Shown: in pieces, positions 56,611-64,000 of the stretch
Layout of the letters: each line of letters starts with the position of its first letter
Position numbering within the stretch: the first letter of the stretch is position 1
Source: a virus
IMG/VR virus record: IMGVR_UViG_3300028581_000020
Location: 32,001-96,000 of that record
Strand: one strand, 5' to 3'
DNA length: 64,000 bases
Made by a program: the position numbers and the translations under genes
The notes under the pieces: generated by a model
Database searches by the model: none
What the model was told of the DNA's origin: nothing
Seen by the model: the letters and a program-made list of their open reading frames with translations, nothing else

Positions 56611-56819
56611 AGGTTGATTCCGGCTCCGGCGACGGCTCCGGCGACGGCTACGGCTACGGCTCCGGCGACGGCGACGGCTCCGGCTACGGCTCCGGCGACG
56701 GCGACGGCTCCGGCTACGGCGACGGCTACGGCTCCGGCTACGGCGACGGCTCCGGCGACGGCGACGGCTCCGGCGACGGCGACGGCTACGGCTCCGGCTA
56801 CGGCGACGGCTACGGTTGA
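56598..56819 (+). CDS. Gly-(Asp/Ser/Tyr) repeat peptide
   Basis: GTG start overlapping the upstream gene; GSGDGYG repeats. Confidence 0.55.
   Translation: MATVEVDSGSGDGSGDGYGYGSGDGDGSGYGSGDGDGSGYGDGYGSGYGDGSGDGDGSGDGDGYGSGYGDGYG
56619..56816 (+). repeat. hexamer tandem repeat GGC(TCC/GAC/TAC)
   Basis: About 200 bp of ggctcc/ggcgac/ggctac units. Confidence 0.9.
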
Positions 56820-56853
56820 TCTATGAAAACTTTTCGCAAAGCCTCCAGCAACC

Positions 56854-57198
56854 GTGCCGCAAAGACGCCGGGGGTGGCGAGTGATTAGCGACTGGCACAT
56901 GCAGGATGACCGCAAGTCAGGGAAAGTGATCAAAGTCCGCAAGACTTTACGCCCCATGGACGAGGCAGCCTCGGATGCGTGGCTAAAGAAGCTCGGCGAA
57001 TGGATCGAGGCCAATCCTCCCCCTGCCAGTGGCGTGGCCCTAAAAATGGCAGAAGAGCGCACGACAAACAAGATCGTGTGGTGGGCTCTCAATACCTACG
57101 GTAATGTCCAACTCGCTGCCGACAAATTGGGTATGCTGAGATCAACTCTCTTTGAGCGTATGCGGGCTCAGGGAATTAAATGGGAGCGGAAGAGATGA
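56854..57198 (+). CDS. Fis-type helix-turn-helix protein
   Basis: ALNTYGNVQLAADKLGMLRSTLFERM; start uncertain (possibly GTG 56881). Confidence 0.7.
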   Translation: MPQRRRGWRVISDWHMQDDRKSGKVIKVRKTLRPMDEAASDAWLKKLGEWIEANPPPASGVALKMAEERTTNKIVWWALNTYGNVQLAADKLGMLRSTLFERMRAQGIKWERKR

Positions 57199-57485
57199 TT
57201 ATTGAAGTATCGACCTACACCGACGAAGACGAATTGGTTGAATGCAAGTTCGATGTTTGGCTCCCCGGAGGCGACGACACTCCGCAAGCGACATTCGTCG
57301 AGGGTTGGAAAGACGGGCCCGCATTGAGAGAGGATCTGTACGATACGGCGTGGCTCAGACGTGCTGGCATCTACGATGAATTAGTCGAGGCAGCCTGCGC
57401 GAAGTATGATCCGGTGCTTGACTCAGAGCTTGCGGATATTGAGAAGGGTGACAACGCCTTGGATCTCGCGAGGGAGCTAGATTAA
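57195..57485 (+). CDS. acidic hypothetical protein
   Basis: GGAGCGG SD; ATGA overlap. Confidence 0.6.
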   Translation: MIIEVSTYTDEDELVECKFDVWLPGGDDTPQATFVEGWKDGPALREDLYDTAWLRRAGIYDELVEAACAKYDPVLDSELADIEKGDNALDLARELD

Positions 57486-57519
57486 AAAAAGGGCTCCTGG
57501 TTTTTAGCCAGGAGCCCTT
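57484..57519 (-). terminator. intrinsic terminator (T-tract on the - strand)
   Basis: 12-bp perfect stem AAGGGCTCCTGG/CCAGGAGCCCTT; the A7 on the + strand gives a T7 tract on the - strand. Confidence 0.75.
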
Positions 57520-57564
57520 AACGGCGTTAACAGATACCATTGGAGCGGACTGAGAGACGCCTGA
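57484..57564 (-). ncRNA. candidate ~80-nt antisense small RNA
   Basis: TTGACG-17-TACCTT promoter at 57599-57571, terminator, no plausible SD-led ORF in the transcript, complementarity to 61469-61506. Confidence 0.55.
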
Positions 57565-57635
57565 TCCGGTAAGGTACTAGCGCAAATTAAAATCGTCAAG
57601 TAAGTTTCTGTCCGGGGAGCGGAGGGGATCGTCAT

Positions 57636-60005
57636 TTGTTACAGATTTTGGGGCTGAGGGAAAAGTTCAATTCAAAGCTCGGCATACGTAGACCTAGCGA
57701 GGATTTCTTCGCGAAGGGCTGGCGCGCAATGGACTTGCGCACGATGTTTGCCTCCCTGCCAGATGTGCTGGCGCAGATCCCGGAAGATCAGCGTTGGAAC
57801 CTGTTCTACACGATGCACCATGTGTTTGAAGAGCCAGGCCGGCGCATGGAGCGCATGGAGGCCTACGCCTTTGACATCGATCAGATCCCCGGCTTCTCGG
57901 GTACGCGCGATCAGGTACGCGAGATTGCGGGTGTGGTTGCGCGCACGCTAGGCCTCCCCCTGGAAGAACTTGGCGTTGTCTGCAGCGGGAACGGCGTGCA
58001 CGTTCTCGTATATTTGGACCCGAGTTGTTGGCAGACATCGCCGGAATATTTTGAAAAGAACCGGGGGCATTACCGGGCAGTCTGCGACAACATCAATCGA
58101 GCCCTGGATGTGGCGGGCTACGGGGGCGCAAAAGCTGACCCCGCAATCTTTGATCAGGCGCGAATTCTCAGGCTCCCCGGAACCCTCAATCGCAAGACGA
58201 AAGAGGGGCAGTTACGTGAGCGTAACTGTTACCTCTTGCAGGGGGATTTAAAGCCCCAGAAAATCGATATCTCCGAGCTCTCGGGGATCCCGGAAGTCAG
58301 TCCCGAGGACGCAATCCCCGAGGCGCAGATGGCTAGGTTCCCGGAGCCAGACCCGGAAGGGGTGCTGGGCGGCTGCAGTTTCCTGAAAGAGTGCAAGGCG
58401 CTGCCTAAGACGGTGACGGAGCCCAACTGGTACGCCATGCTCTCGATCATTGGTCGCTTGCCTAATGGCCGCGAGCTTGCGCATGAATATTCAAAAGGCC
58501 ATCCAAACTACACCCCTCAGGAGACTGAGGCGAAGCTTGATCAGGCGATGGCCCAAGCGGGCCCCCGCACCTGCCAGAACGTGCAGGATCTTTGGGGCAA
58601 ATGTAAGCAGTGCCCCTATTACGGAAAGATTCCGAGTCCGATCGTTATCAAGGGCGAGAACTATATCGCAACCGAGAAGACGGGCTTTCACCACATGACG
58701 ACGGGCCAGGACGGGAGACCGAAGCCTGGCAAAGCCGACTGGGATGGGCTGAGAAAGTTCTTTCAGCGCAAACACCCCTACGCAACGCTTGCCGATGGCG
58801 AGTATCTAGTGACCTGGACCGGCACCCACTGGCAGGAGTATTCAAAGGTTGAGGCAAAGGCATTTGCGCAGAAGCACTTCAGGCCGGTAGCGGATACGAA
58901 TAAAGCGAATGAGTTCCTGGGAATTTTGCTACGCAATGAGGTGCGCCCCCGGGGTTGGACGCAACATGGGACGAAGGGGAAATTGAACTTTCTTAATGGA
59001 ACCCTGGAGCCCCGTACGATGTCGTTTGGTCCGCACAACCGAGACGACGGATTCATGAACGTGATTCCCTACGCGTATGATCCGAAGGCTGCGGCTCCTC
59101 GGTTTGAAAAGTTCCTTGATGATGTGACATGCGGGCACCGGGAGCTTCGCGAAATCCTCCTGCAATATATCGGATACTCGCTCTCAAACGATGCGATATG
59201 GGAACAGAAATGCCTCATCCTGCAGGGGGAGGGACGCAACGGAAAATCCACTCTAATGCAGGTAGTGCGCGAGCTTGCAGGTGAGGGTAACTCTGCGTCG
59301 CTGACTCTCACTGAGCTTGAAAAAGACACGAACCGTTTCTCGCTTGACGGTGCGTTCTTTAATATGGCCGAAGAAGCTCCCACGCGTGGGATGCTCGAGA
59401 GCGGAATCTTCAAGACGCTCATTGGCGGCGGGAGCTTCCAGGTAAAGAAGCTTTACTCGCAGCCGTACTCAATTCAAAATCGTGCGAAGCTCTGGCTTGC
59501 GTGTAACGACATGCCTCGCTTCAACGACTTCACGGTGGGGATGTTCCGCCGGCTTGTGATCGTGCCTTTCCAGGCGAAGTTTGAGGGAGCAAACGTCGAT
59601 AAGAACATCGGAGCAAAGCTCAGCGAAGAGCTCCCCGGAATCTTCAATCTTGCGATGGCAGCCTACGGGCGGATGCGCGCAAACGGAGGACTCCTGGATT
59701 CGCAATTGGTGCAGGAGCAGGCCGACATGTACCGGCTTGAACAGGACTCGGTGTACAACTGGTGGCAGGATAATGTCGAAGTTGTACCCATGTCGGAGAC
59801 GGCCCCCCGGGTTGACTCAAGTAAGTTATTCCAGGAGTACGCAATGCACATGCGCCAGTCGGAGGAGAAGCCTTTGTCTGCTCAGCAATTCCAAAAGCGT
59901 GTGCGCACATTTGTGAAAGATATTGAAGCTAGGCGCGTGCGATCAAATGGCGTGCGTTGGCTCATAGGCATTTCGTTATTGACAAGGCGTATGGAAAACT
60001 TCTAG
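57636..60005 (+). CDS. primase-helicase (primase-like N-terminus, D5/P4-family SF3 helicase)
   Basis: FDID, SGNGVH, RILRLPG primase motifs; GEGRNGKST Walker A; ACNDMP; FRRL. Confidence 0.88.
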   Translation: MLQILGLREKFNSKLGIRRPSEDFFAKGWRAMDLRTMFASLPDVLAQIPEDQRWNLFYTMHHVFEEPGRRMERMEAYAFDIDQIPGFSGTRDQVREIAGVVARTLGLPLEELGVVCSGNGVHVLVYLDPSCWQTSPEYFEKNRGHYRAVCDNINRALDVAGYGGAKADPAIFDQARILRLPGTLNRKTKEGQLRERNCYLLQGDLKPQKIDISELSGIPEVSPEDAIPEAQMARFPEPDPEGVLGGCSFLKECKALPKTVTEPNWYAMLSIIGRLPNGRELAHEYSKGHPNYTPQETEAKLDQAMAQAGPRTCQNVQDLWGKCKQCPYYGKIPSPIVIKGENYIATEKTGFHHMTTGQDGRPKPGKADWDGLRKFFQRKHPYATLADGEYLVTWTGTHWQEYSKVEAKAFAQKHFRPVADTNKANEFLGILLRNEVRPRGWTQHGTKGKLNFLNGTLEPRTMSFGPHNRDDGFMNVIPYAYDPKAAAPRFEKFLDDVTCGHRELREILLQYIGYSLSNDAIWEQKCLILQGEGRNGKSTLMQVVRELAGEGNSASLTLTELEKDTNRFSLDGAFFNMAEEAPTRGMLESGIFKTLIGGGSFQVKKLYSQPYSIQNRAKLWLACNDMPRFNDFTVGMFRRLVIVPFQAKFEGANVDKNIGAKLSEELPGIFNLAMAAYGRMRANGGLLDSQLVQEQADMYRLEQDSVYNWWQDNVEVVPMSETAPRVDSSKLFQEYAMHMRQSEEKPLSAQQFQKRVRTFVKDIEARRVRSNGVRWLIGISLLTRRMENF

Positions 60006-60008
60006 GTT
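59979..60008 (+). promoter_or_regulatory. sigma70-like promoter upstream of the helicase gene
   Basis: TTGACA-18-TAGGTT; TATTGACAAGGC identical to 52266-52277. Confidence 0.45.
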
Positions 60009-60024
60009 AGTGGGTGGAGCGGCA

Positions 60025-61497
60025 ATGATCGAATTCGATAAATTATGGGACCACCAAAAGCGAGCCGTCGCGCTCGCCATGCAGCAGCGAGACTTCGCGC
60101 TGTTCCACGACATGGGCGCGGGCAAGACGGGCACGATGATCAATATCCTGCGCCGCCGCTATGGCGAGGCCGGGCGCCTGCGCCGCACGCTGATCGTCTC
60201 GCCGCTCATCACGCTTGATAACTGGAAGAAAGAATTCGGGCAATTCTCGAAGGTGGATCCCCGGCACATTCTTATCTTGAAAGGCGCGGGCCGTAAGCGT
60301 GCAAAGGATTTCATGAAGTTTGTTTCGGACCCCGTGACCGAACGACTTGTTTTCAACCGCGTGGTCATCATGAACTACGAGTCGGTTCAAATGAAGGAAC
60401 TGTATGACGCAATCAAAGCCTGGAATCCTGAGATCATTGTTTTTGATGAAGCTCATCGACTCAGAAATCACCAGTCAAAACGCGCGCGAGCTTGCGCGAA
60501 TCTGGCTGACATCGCAAAGCACCGATATCTGCTTACGGGATCGCCGATCCTTAATTCAGCAATGGACGTGTTCTTCCAGTACCGCTGTCTCGACCTTGGA
60601 GACACGTTTGGGCAGAACTTTTACGCCTTCCGAAACCGATACTTTGAAGACCGAAACTCTGGCTGGGCTAGTAAGCCTGGTTACTTCCCCGACTTTGAAG
60701 CTCGTCCTGAGGCTTTTGCCGATCTCCACGCGCGCATGTACAAAGACGGCAGAGGGCTTGCCCGCGCCCACCGAGTGATGAAGAAAGACTGCCTTGACCT
60801 ACCCCCACTGGTGAAGACCAAGATCGAAGTAGAGCTCTCGCCGGATCAACGGAAGATGTACAAGGAAATGTCAGACGAGTTCCTGACATTTGTTGAGCGC
60901 GAGAAACAAACGGGCACACCACTAGCAGTGGTGGCACAGCTTGCAATCACGAAGGCGCTCCGCTTGCAGCAGATCGTAACCGGCTTCTGCAAGGCGGAAG
61001 ACGGAGTTGAGTATGAGATTGCAGGGGGGAATCCCAGGCTCGAGGCGCTAGAGGAATTGCTTGAAGACTTGGCTCCGAACGGCAAAGTAATTGTGTGGGC
61101 ATGCTTTAAGCAGAACTACCAACAGATTGCACGCGTGTGTGACAAGCTGAAGCTCCCTTACCGGATGATCCATGGTGAGATTAGGAACGCTGATAAGCAG
61201 ATAGCCATGGAAGAGTTCCGCAAAGACGAATCGATCAAGGTGATGATTGCAAACCAGGGGGCTGCAGGCATTGGCGTGAATTTGGTTGAAGCCCCGTATT
61301 CTGTGTTTTTCTCCCGGAACTTTTCGCTTGAGCAAGATACTCAGGCCGAGGCACGCAACTATCGCGGTGGATCTGAGATGCATACAAGTGTGACTCGCTA
61401 TGATATTGTTGCGCGAAATAGTATTGACGAGTTAATCGCCGACGCGTTAGCAGGTAAGCAGAAAATCGCAGATACCATTCTCGATTGGAAAATATAA
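60025..61497 (+). CDS. SNF2-family (SF2) helicase
   Basis: DMGAGKT, DEAH, LTGSP, GIGVNL, QAEARNYR. Confidence 0.9.
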   Translation: MIEFDKLWDHQKRAVALAMQQRDFALFHDMGAGKTGTMINILRRRYGEAGRLRRTLIVSPLITLDNWKKEFGQFSKVDPRHILILKGAGRKRAKDFMKFVSDPVTERLVFNRVVIMNYESVQMKELYDAIKAWNPEIIVFDEAHRLRNHQSKRARACANLADIAKHRYLLTGSPILNSAMDVFFQYRCLDLGDTFGQNFYAFRNRYFEDRNSGWASKPGYFPDFEARPEAFADLHARMYKDGRGLARAHRVMKKDCLDLPPLVKTKIEVELSPDQRKMYKEMSDEFLTFVEREKQTGTPLAVVAQLAITKALRLQQIVTGFCKAEDGVEYEIAGGNPRLEALEELLEDLAPNGKVIVWACFKQNYQQIARVCDKLKLPYRMIHGEIRNADKQIAMEEFRKDESIKVMIANQGAAGIGVNLVEAPYSVFFSRNFSLEQDTQAEARNYRGGSEMHTSVTRYDIVARNSIDELIADALAGKQKIADTILDWKI

Positions 61498-61506
61498 GGA
61501 GCGGAC

Positions 61507-61977
61507 ATGGCAAGTGAATTGGATTCCTGGGACGAAGCGACTCCCGTGATTGAGGTCTCAACGCAAGAGCTAGATGCTCTCGTGCAGCGAATGGACACCC
61601 TCTGGGACGAGTCAGAGAAGGTAAAGAAGCTGGCAAGTGAGGCTCGCGCGGCCTACGATGAGGTCGAGGCACGCGTGCTCGCGATGCTGAAAGCCGCTGG
61701 AAAAAAGAGCTACATCGTTGATGGACTTGGCACCGTGTCGATCACCAACAAATACATGATTACAACGCCCAAGGGGATTGAGGAAAAGAAACGGCTCTTT
61801 GCCTACATCAACAAGGAGCACGGGGAAGAGGGGCTATATGGCTTACTCACGATCAATTCCCAGACGCTCAATAGCTTTGTGAACGCAGAGCTTGACCGCA
61901 AACCTGAAGTACAAATTCCCGGACTCGATGCACCGACTCACCGTGAGTCTCTTTCGTTCCGGGCAAAAAAGAAGTGA
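61507..61977 (+). CDS. conserved replication-module protein
   Basis: Coiled coil plus GLGTVS...INSQTLNSF...IPGL. Confidence 0.6.
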   Translation: MASELDSWDEATPVIEVSTQELDALVQRMDTLWDESEKVKKLASEARAAYDEVEARVLAMLKAAGKKSYIVDGLGTVSITNKYMITTPKGIEEKKRLFAYINKEHGEEGLYGLLTINSQTLNSFVNAELDRKPEVQIPGLDAPTHRESLSFRAKKK

Positions 61978-61984
61978 GGAAGAA

Positions 61985-62773
61985 ATGGCAACCAAGAAGT
62001 CCCCGAAATCAGATACCCCTGTGAGCCAAGCCCCGGCAGTCGTTGAAGTGAACGGGGCGCTCGTATCGGCAGAGGAGCAGGCAGCCTGGGGCGCGAGTCC
62101 CTTCCTGTCGAGCCGTGACACGATCATCCCGAAGATTCTGCTCATGCAGCCGATGTCAAAGAAAGTGCTGGCAGACGAGGCAGCCTTCGGTGAGCTCCGC
62201 GATTCGGTCACAAACGAGGTCTACGGGTCTGATAAGAAATCGATCGAGATCATCCCCTTCCACCTGCAAACGGTGTGGGTTGAGCACGAGAAGAACGTGG
62301 ACCCTAAGACCGGCAAAGAGGACTTGAAGTACCTCCGCACGGTGCCGCTCTCTCCGCAGAACGACACGCTGCCCCTCGATGAGCCCAACTTAAAGCGCGT
62401 GCGCACGATGCAGTTCTACGTGCTGCGCCCGGAAGAGTTGGGATCCGGGATCCCTAAGGTGATCGCCTTTCGTATCACTTCAATCAAGGCCGGAAAGAAA
62501 CTGGCAACACAAATGTATGTGACGAACCGGGCAGCCGGGCTTCCCCCTCCGGGCAGGGTGATGCGGCTTTCTGTCTCCCGCCAGACCAATGGCAAGGGCA
62601 CGTTTGCGGTGATGGATGTCGAGCCTGTTCGCGCTGCCACCAGTGAGGAGCGCGCTTCTGCTCTTAAGTGGTTCAAGATTATCCAGACGGATGCGGCTGT
62701 TAAGGTCGATGATTCGGATGTGGCAGAGGTCGAGACTCCGGTCGAAGACTCGGGCACTACCGGACAATTCTAA
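61985..62773 (+). CDS. putative single-stranded DNA-binding protein
   Basis: IPKILLMQPMS; acidic tail ending in Phe; position in the replication module. Confidence 0.55.
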   Translation: MATKKSPKSDTPVSQAPAVVEVNGALVSAEEQAAWGASPFLSSRDTIIPKILLMQPMSKKVLADEAAFGELRDSVTNEVYGSDKKSIEIIPFHLQTVWVEHEKNVDPKTGKEDLKYLRTVPLSPQNDTLPLDEPNLKRVRTMQFYVLRPEELGSGIPKVIAFRITSIKAGKKLATQMYVTNRAAGLPPPGRVMRLSVSRQTNGKGTFAVMDVEPVRAATSEERASALKWFKIIQTDAAVKVDDSDVAEVETPVEDSGTTGQF

Positions 62774-62782
62774 GTAACGTTG

Positions 62783-62818
62783 GGGCCCCTGGGGGTAAGG
62801 GAACAGGGGCCCGTTTTT
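62783..62818 (+). terminator. intrinsic terminator
   Basis: GGGCCCCTG/CAGGGGCCC stem followed by TTTTT. Confidence 0.6.
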
Positions 62819-62834
62819 ACTAAAGAGGGCATGT

Positions 62835-63602
62835 ATGCGAGTGCTTTGCATTGACTTTGAGACGACACACAAGGACCCGCTACAAGCCCGCCCGTGGGAG
62901 TTTGCCGCGTGCGTGGCTACTAACAATTCGTGGGCATTTGCACAGGAGGGGCAATATACTGGGCGCATGTGGGCAGCTGATTACCCTGAGTTGTCGCCCG
63001 AGATCCAACGTGTCTGCAAGCTGCCGAGTGAGCGTAAGAACTTTGTCGGCTCTCCCAGCACCAAAGAAGTTCTTGCGAATCTGCACTCCCTGGCAGGGCA
63101 GGCAGATTACCTGATGGCTTATAACGCCGAGTACGACCGGACGGTGTGGGAGCAGGAATGCATCCGGCAGAAGGTGCCCTTCCCTACCACCCCCTGGCTG
63201 TGCGCCTACTCTGATGTCCCGTACCCTGACTATTACCGCTGCCGGCAGCTCTCGCATCTGGCGCTTGACCATGGGATCAAGGTCGATCCCGAGGCACTGC
63301 ATGGAGCCCTGGGAGATGTGAGACTGATGGGCCAGCTACTCAGCCGAGGTGGATACACCCTGGAAAAAATCCTGGAATATAAGCAGGAGCCCTGGGTGTA
63401 CATGAAGGCGGTGTTCAATGCGTTTGGCCCTGGAGGCCAGGAGCTCAAAGAAGCGGCAAAGGCAGACGGCTACGGCTGGCAGCAGTGCCGCGGAGATACG
63501 GTTACGTTCATGAAGACTTGGGTTAAGCGAGTGAAGCTATCCAAGTTTGAGGAAGAGAAGGCTCGCACGCTGCCGTTCAAGCGTGAAACTTTGGAGGCCT
63601 GA
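62835..63602 (+). CDS. DEDDh 3'-5' exonuclease
   Basis: IDFETT, AYNAEYD, HGALGD. Confidence 0.85.
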   Translation: MRVLCIDFETTHKDPLQARPWEFAACVATNNSWAFAQEGQYTGRMWAADYPELSPEIQRVCKLPSERKNFVGSPSTKEVLANLHSLAGQADYLMAYNAEYDRTVWEQECIRQKVPFPTTPWLCAYSDVPYPDYYRCRQLSHLALDHGIKVDPEALHGALGDVRLMGQLLSRGGYTLEKILEYKQEPWVYMKAVFNAFGPGGQELKEAAKADGYGWQQCRGDTVTFMKTWVKRVKLSKFEEEKARTLPFKRETLEA

Positions 63603-63808
63603 TGCATACGAAAAATCTGAAACAACAACCTGCCCGCAAGGGGAATACTCCCCGCCGCAAACCGCTAACGGTCCGTATCGATCGCACGCTACACGACTTT
63701 GTGACCCGCTCAGCACATGCCAAGGGCGAGTGCGTGGCCGTGACGGTCTCGCGCATCTTAAAGTCCTACCAGCGGAGCGTCGGCCGCGCGAAGGCACTGC
63801 ACGCGTGA
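63602..63808 (+). CDS. ribbon-helix-helix DNA-binding protein
   Basis: PLTVRIDRTLHDFV pattern. Confidence 0.55.
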   Translation: MHTKNLKQQPARKGNTPRRKPLTVRIDRTLHDFVTRSAHAKGECVAVTVSRILKSYQRSVGRAKALHA

Positions 63809-64000
63809 TTGTCACCGACTCCAATTTTGAAGAGGTCGTAGGCCTGCTCTCCCGCAGCGGGGAGTACGGCCTGGACTGCGAAACCACGGGGCTTGATTTC
63901 AAGGCTCGCTTGTTTTCGATCATCATTGCGAGTCGTGAACAGTCCTATTATTTCAATTTCCACGACTACGGGGACGGGACGCCGGTACTTCCGCGCTCAC
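63805..64000 (+). CDS. N-terminus of a family A DNA polymerase (partial)
   Basis: GTG 63805 frame reads ...YGLDCETTGLD, an ExoI motif; open to the window end. Confidence 0.7.
   Translation, partial: MIVTDSNFEEVVGLLSRSGEYGLDCETTGLDFKARLFSIIIASREQSYYFNFHDYGDGTPVLPRS

Noticed and set aside
56619-56816. CRISPR array
   Set aside because: Short tandem hexamers without unique spacers; no cas genes in the window.
56460-57092. PATATA (+) and AVAVAG (-) repeat ORFs
   Set aside because: Alternative frames of the same hexamer repeat; the Gly-X frame is the one coupled to the upstream gene.
1-64000. tRNA/rRNA genes, integrase, phage RNA polymerase, alternative genetic code
   Set aside because: None were recognised by eye, and genes tile densely under the standard code. 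A tRNAscan or Infernal run would be needed to exclude RNA genes.

Overview
The window is entirely bacteriophage DNA, but it looks like two different podovirus-like genomes joined at about 30.1-32 kb. The left part (1-~30,085) is visibly AT-rich. Its + strand accessory/nucleotide-metabolism region (1-12.4 kb) encodes a deaminase, IMPDH/GMP reductase, S8 protease, AAA+ ATPase, metallophosphoesterase, dUTPase, HNH proteins and an exported ClpP-like protease. It converges on a - strand tail/ejection module (12.4-30.1 kb) that has no capsid, portal or terminase gene. The right part (~30.1-64 kb) is visibly GC-rich. It carries a complete - strand virion module (terS, terL, portal, scaffold, major capsid, tail tubes A/B, ejection proteins, fibres) and a divergent + strand early/replication region (lytic transglycosylase, primase-helicase, SNF2 helicase, SSB-like protein, DEDD exonuclease, start of a family A DNA polymerase). 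The three strongest findings are: (1) seven small, otherwise divergent proteins in 1-3,298 that all end in the same C-terminal helix [EQ]-[VI]-x-x-E-[VIL]-x-x-L-L-x-stop, conserved at peptide rather than DNA level and sitting directly upstream of a protease/AAA+ ATPase cluster; (2) a candidate ~80-nt antisense sRNA (57,484-57,564, - strand) with its own promoter and terminator and a 20-nt bipartite match to the ribosome-binding region of the gene at 61,507; (3) the two-genome junction inside a signal-peptide-bearing fibre gene. All calls come from motif reading by eye; no database searches were run.
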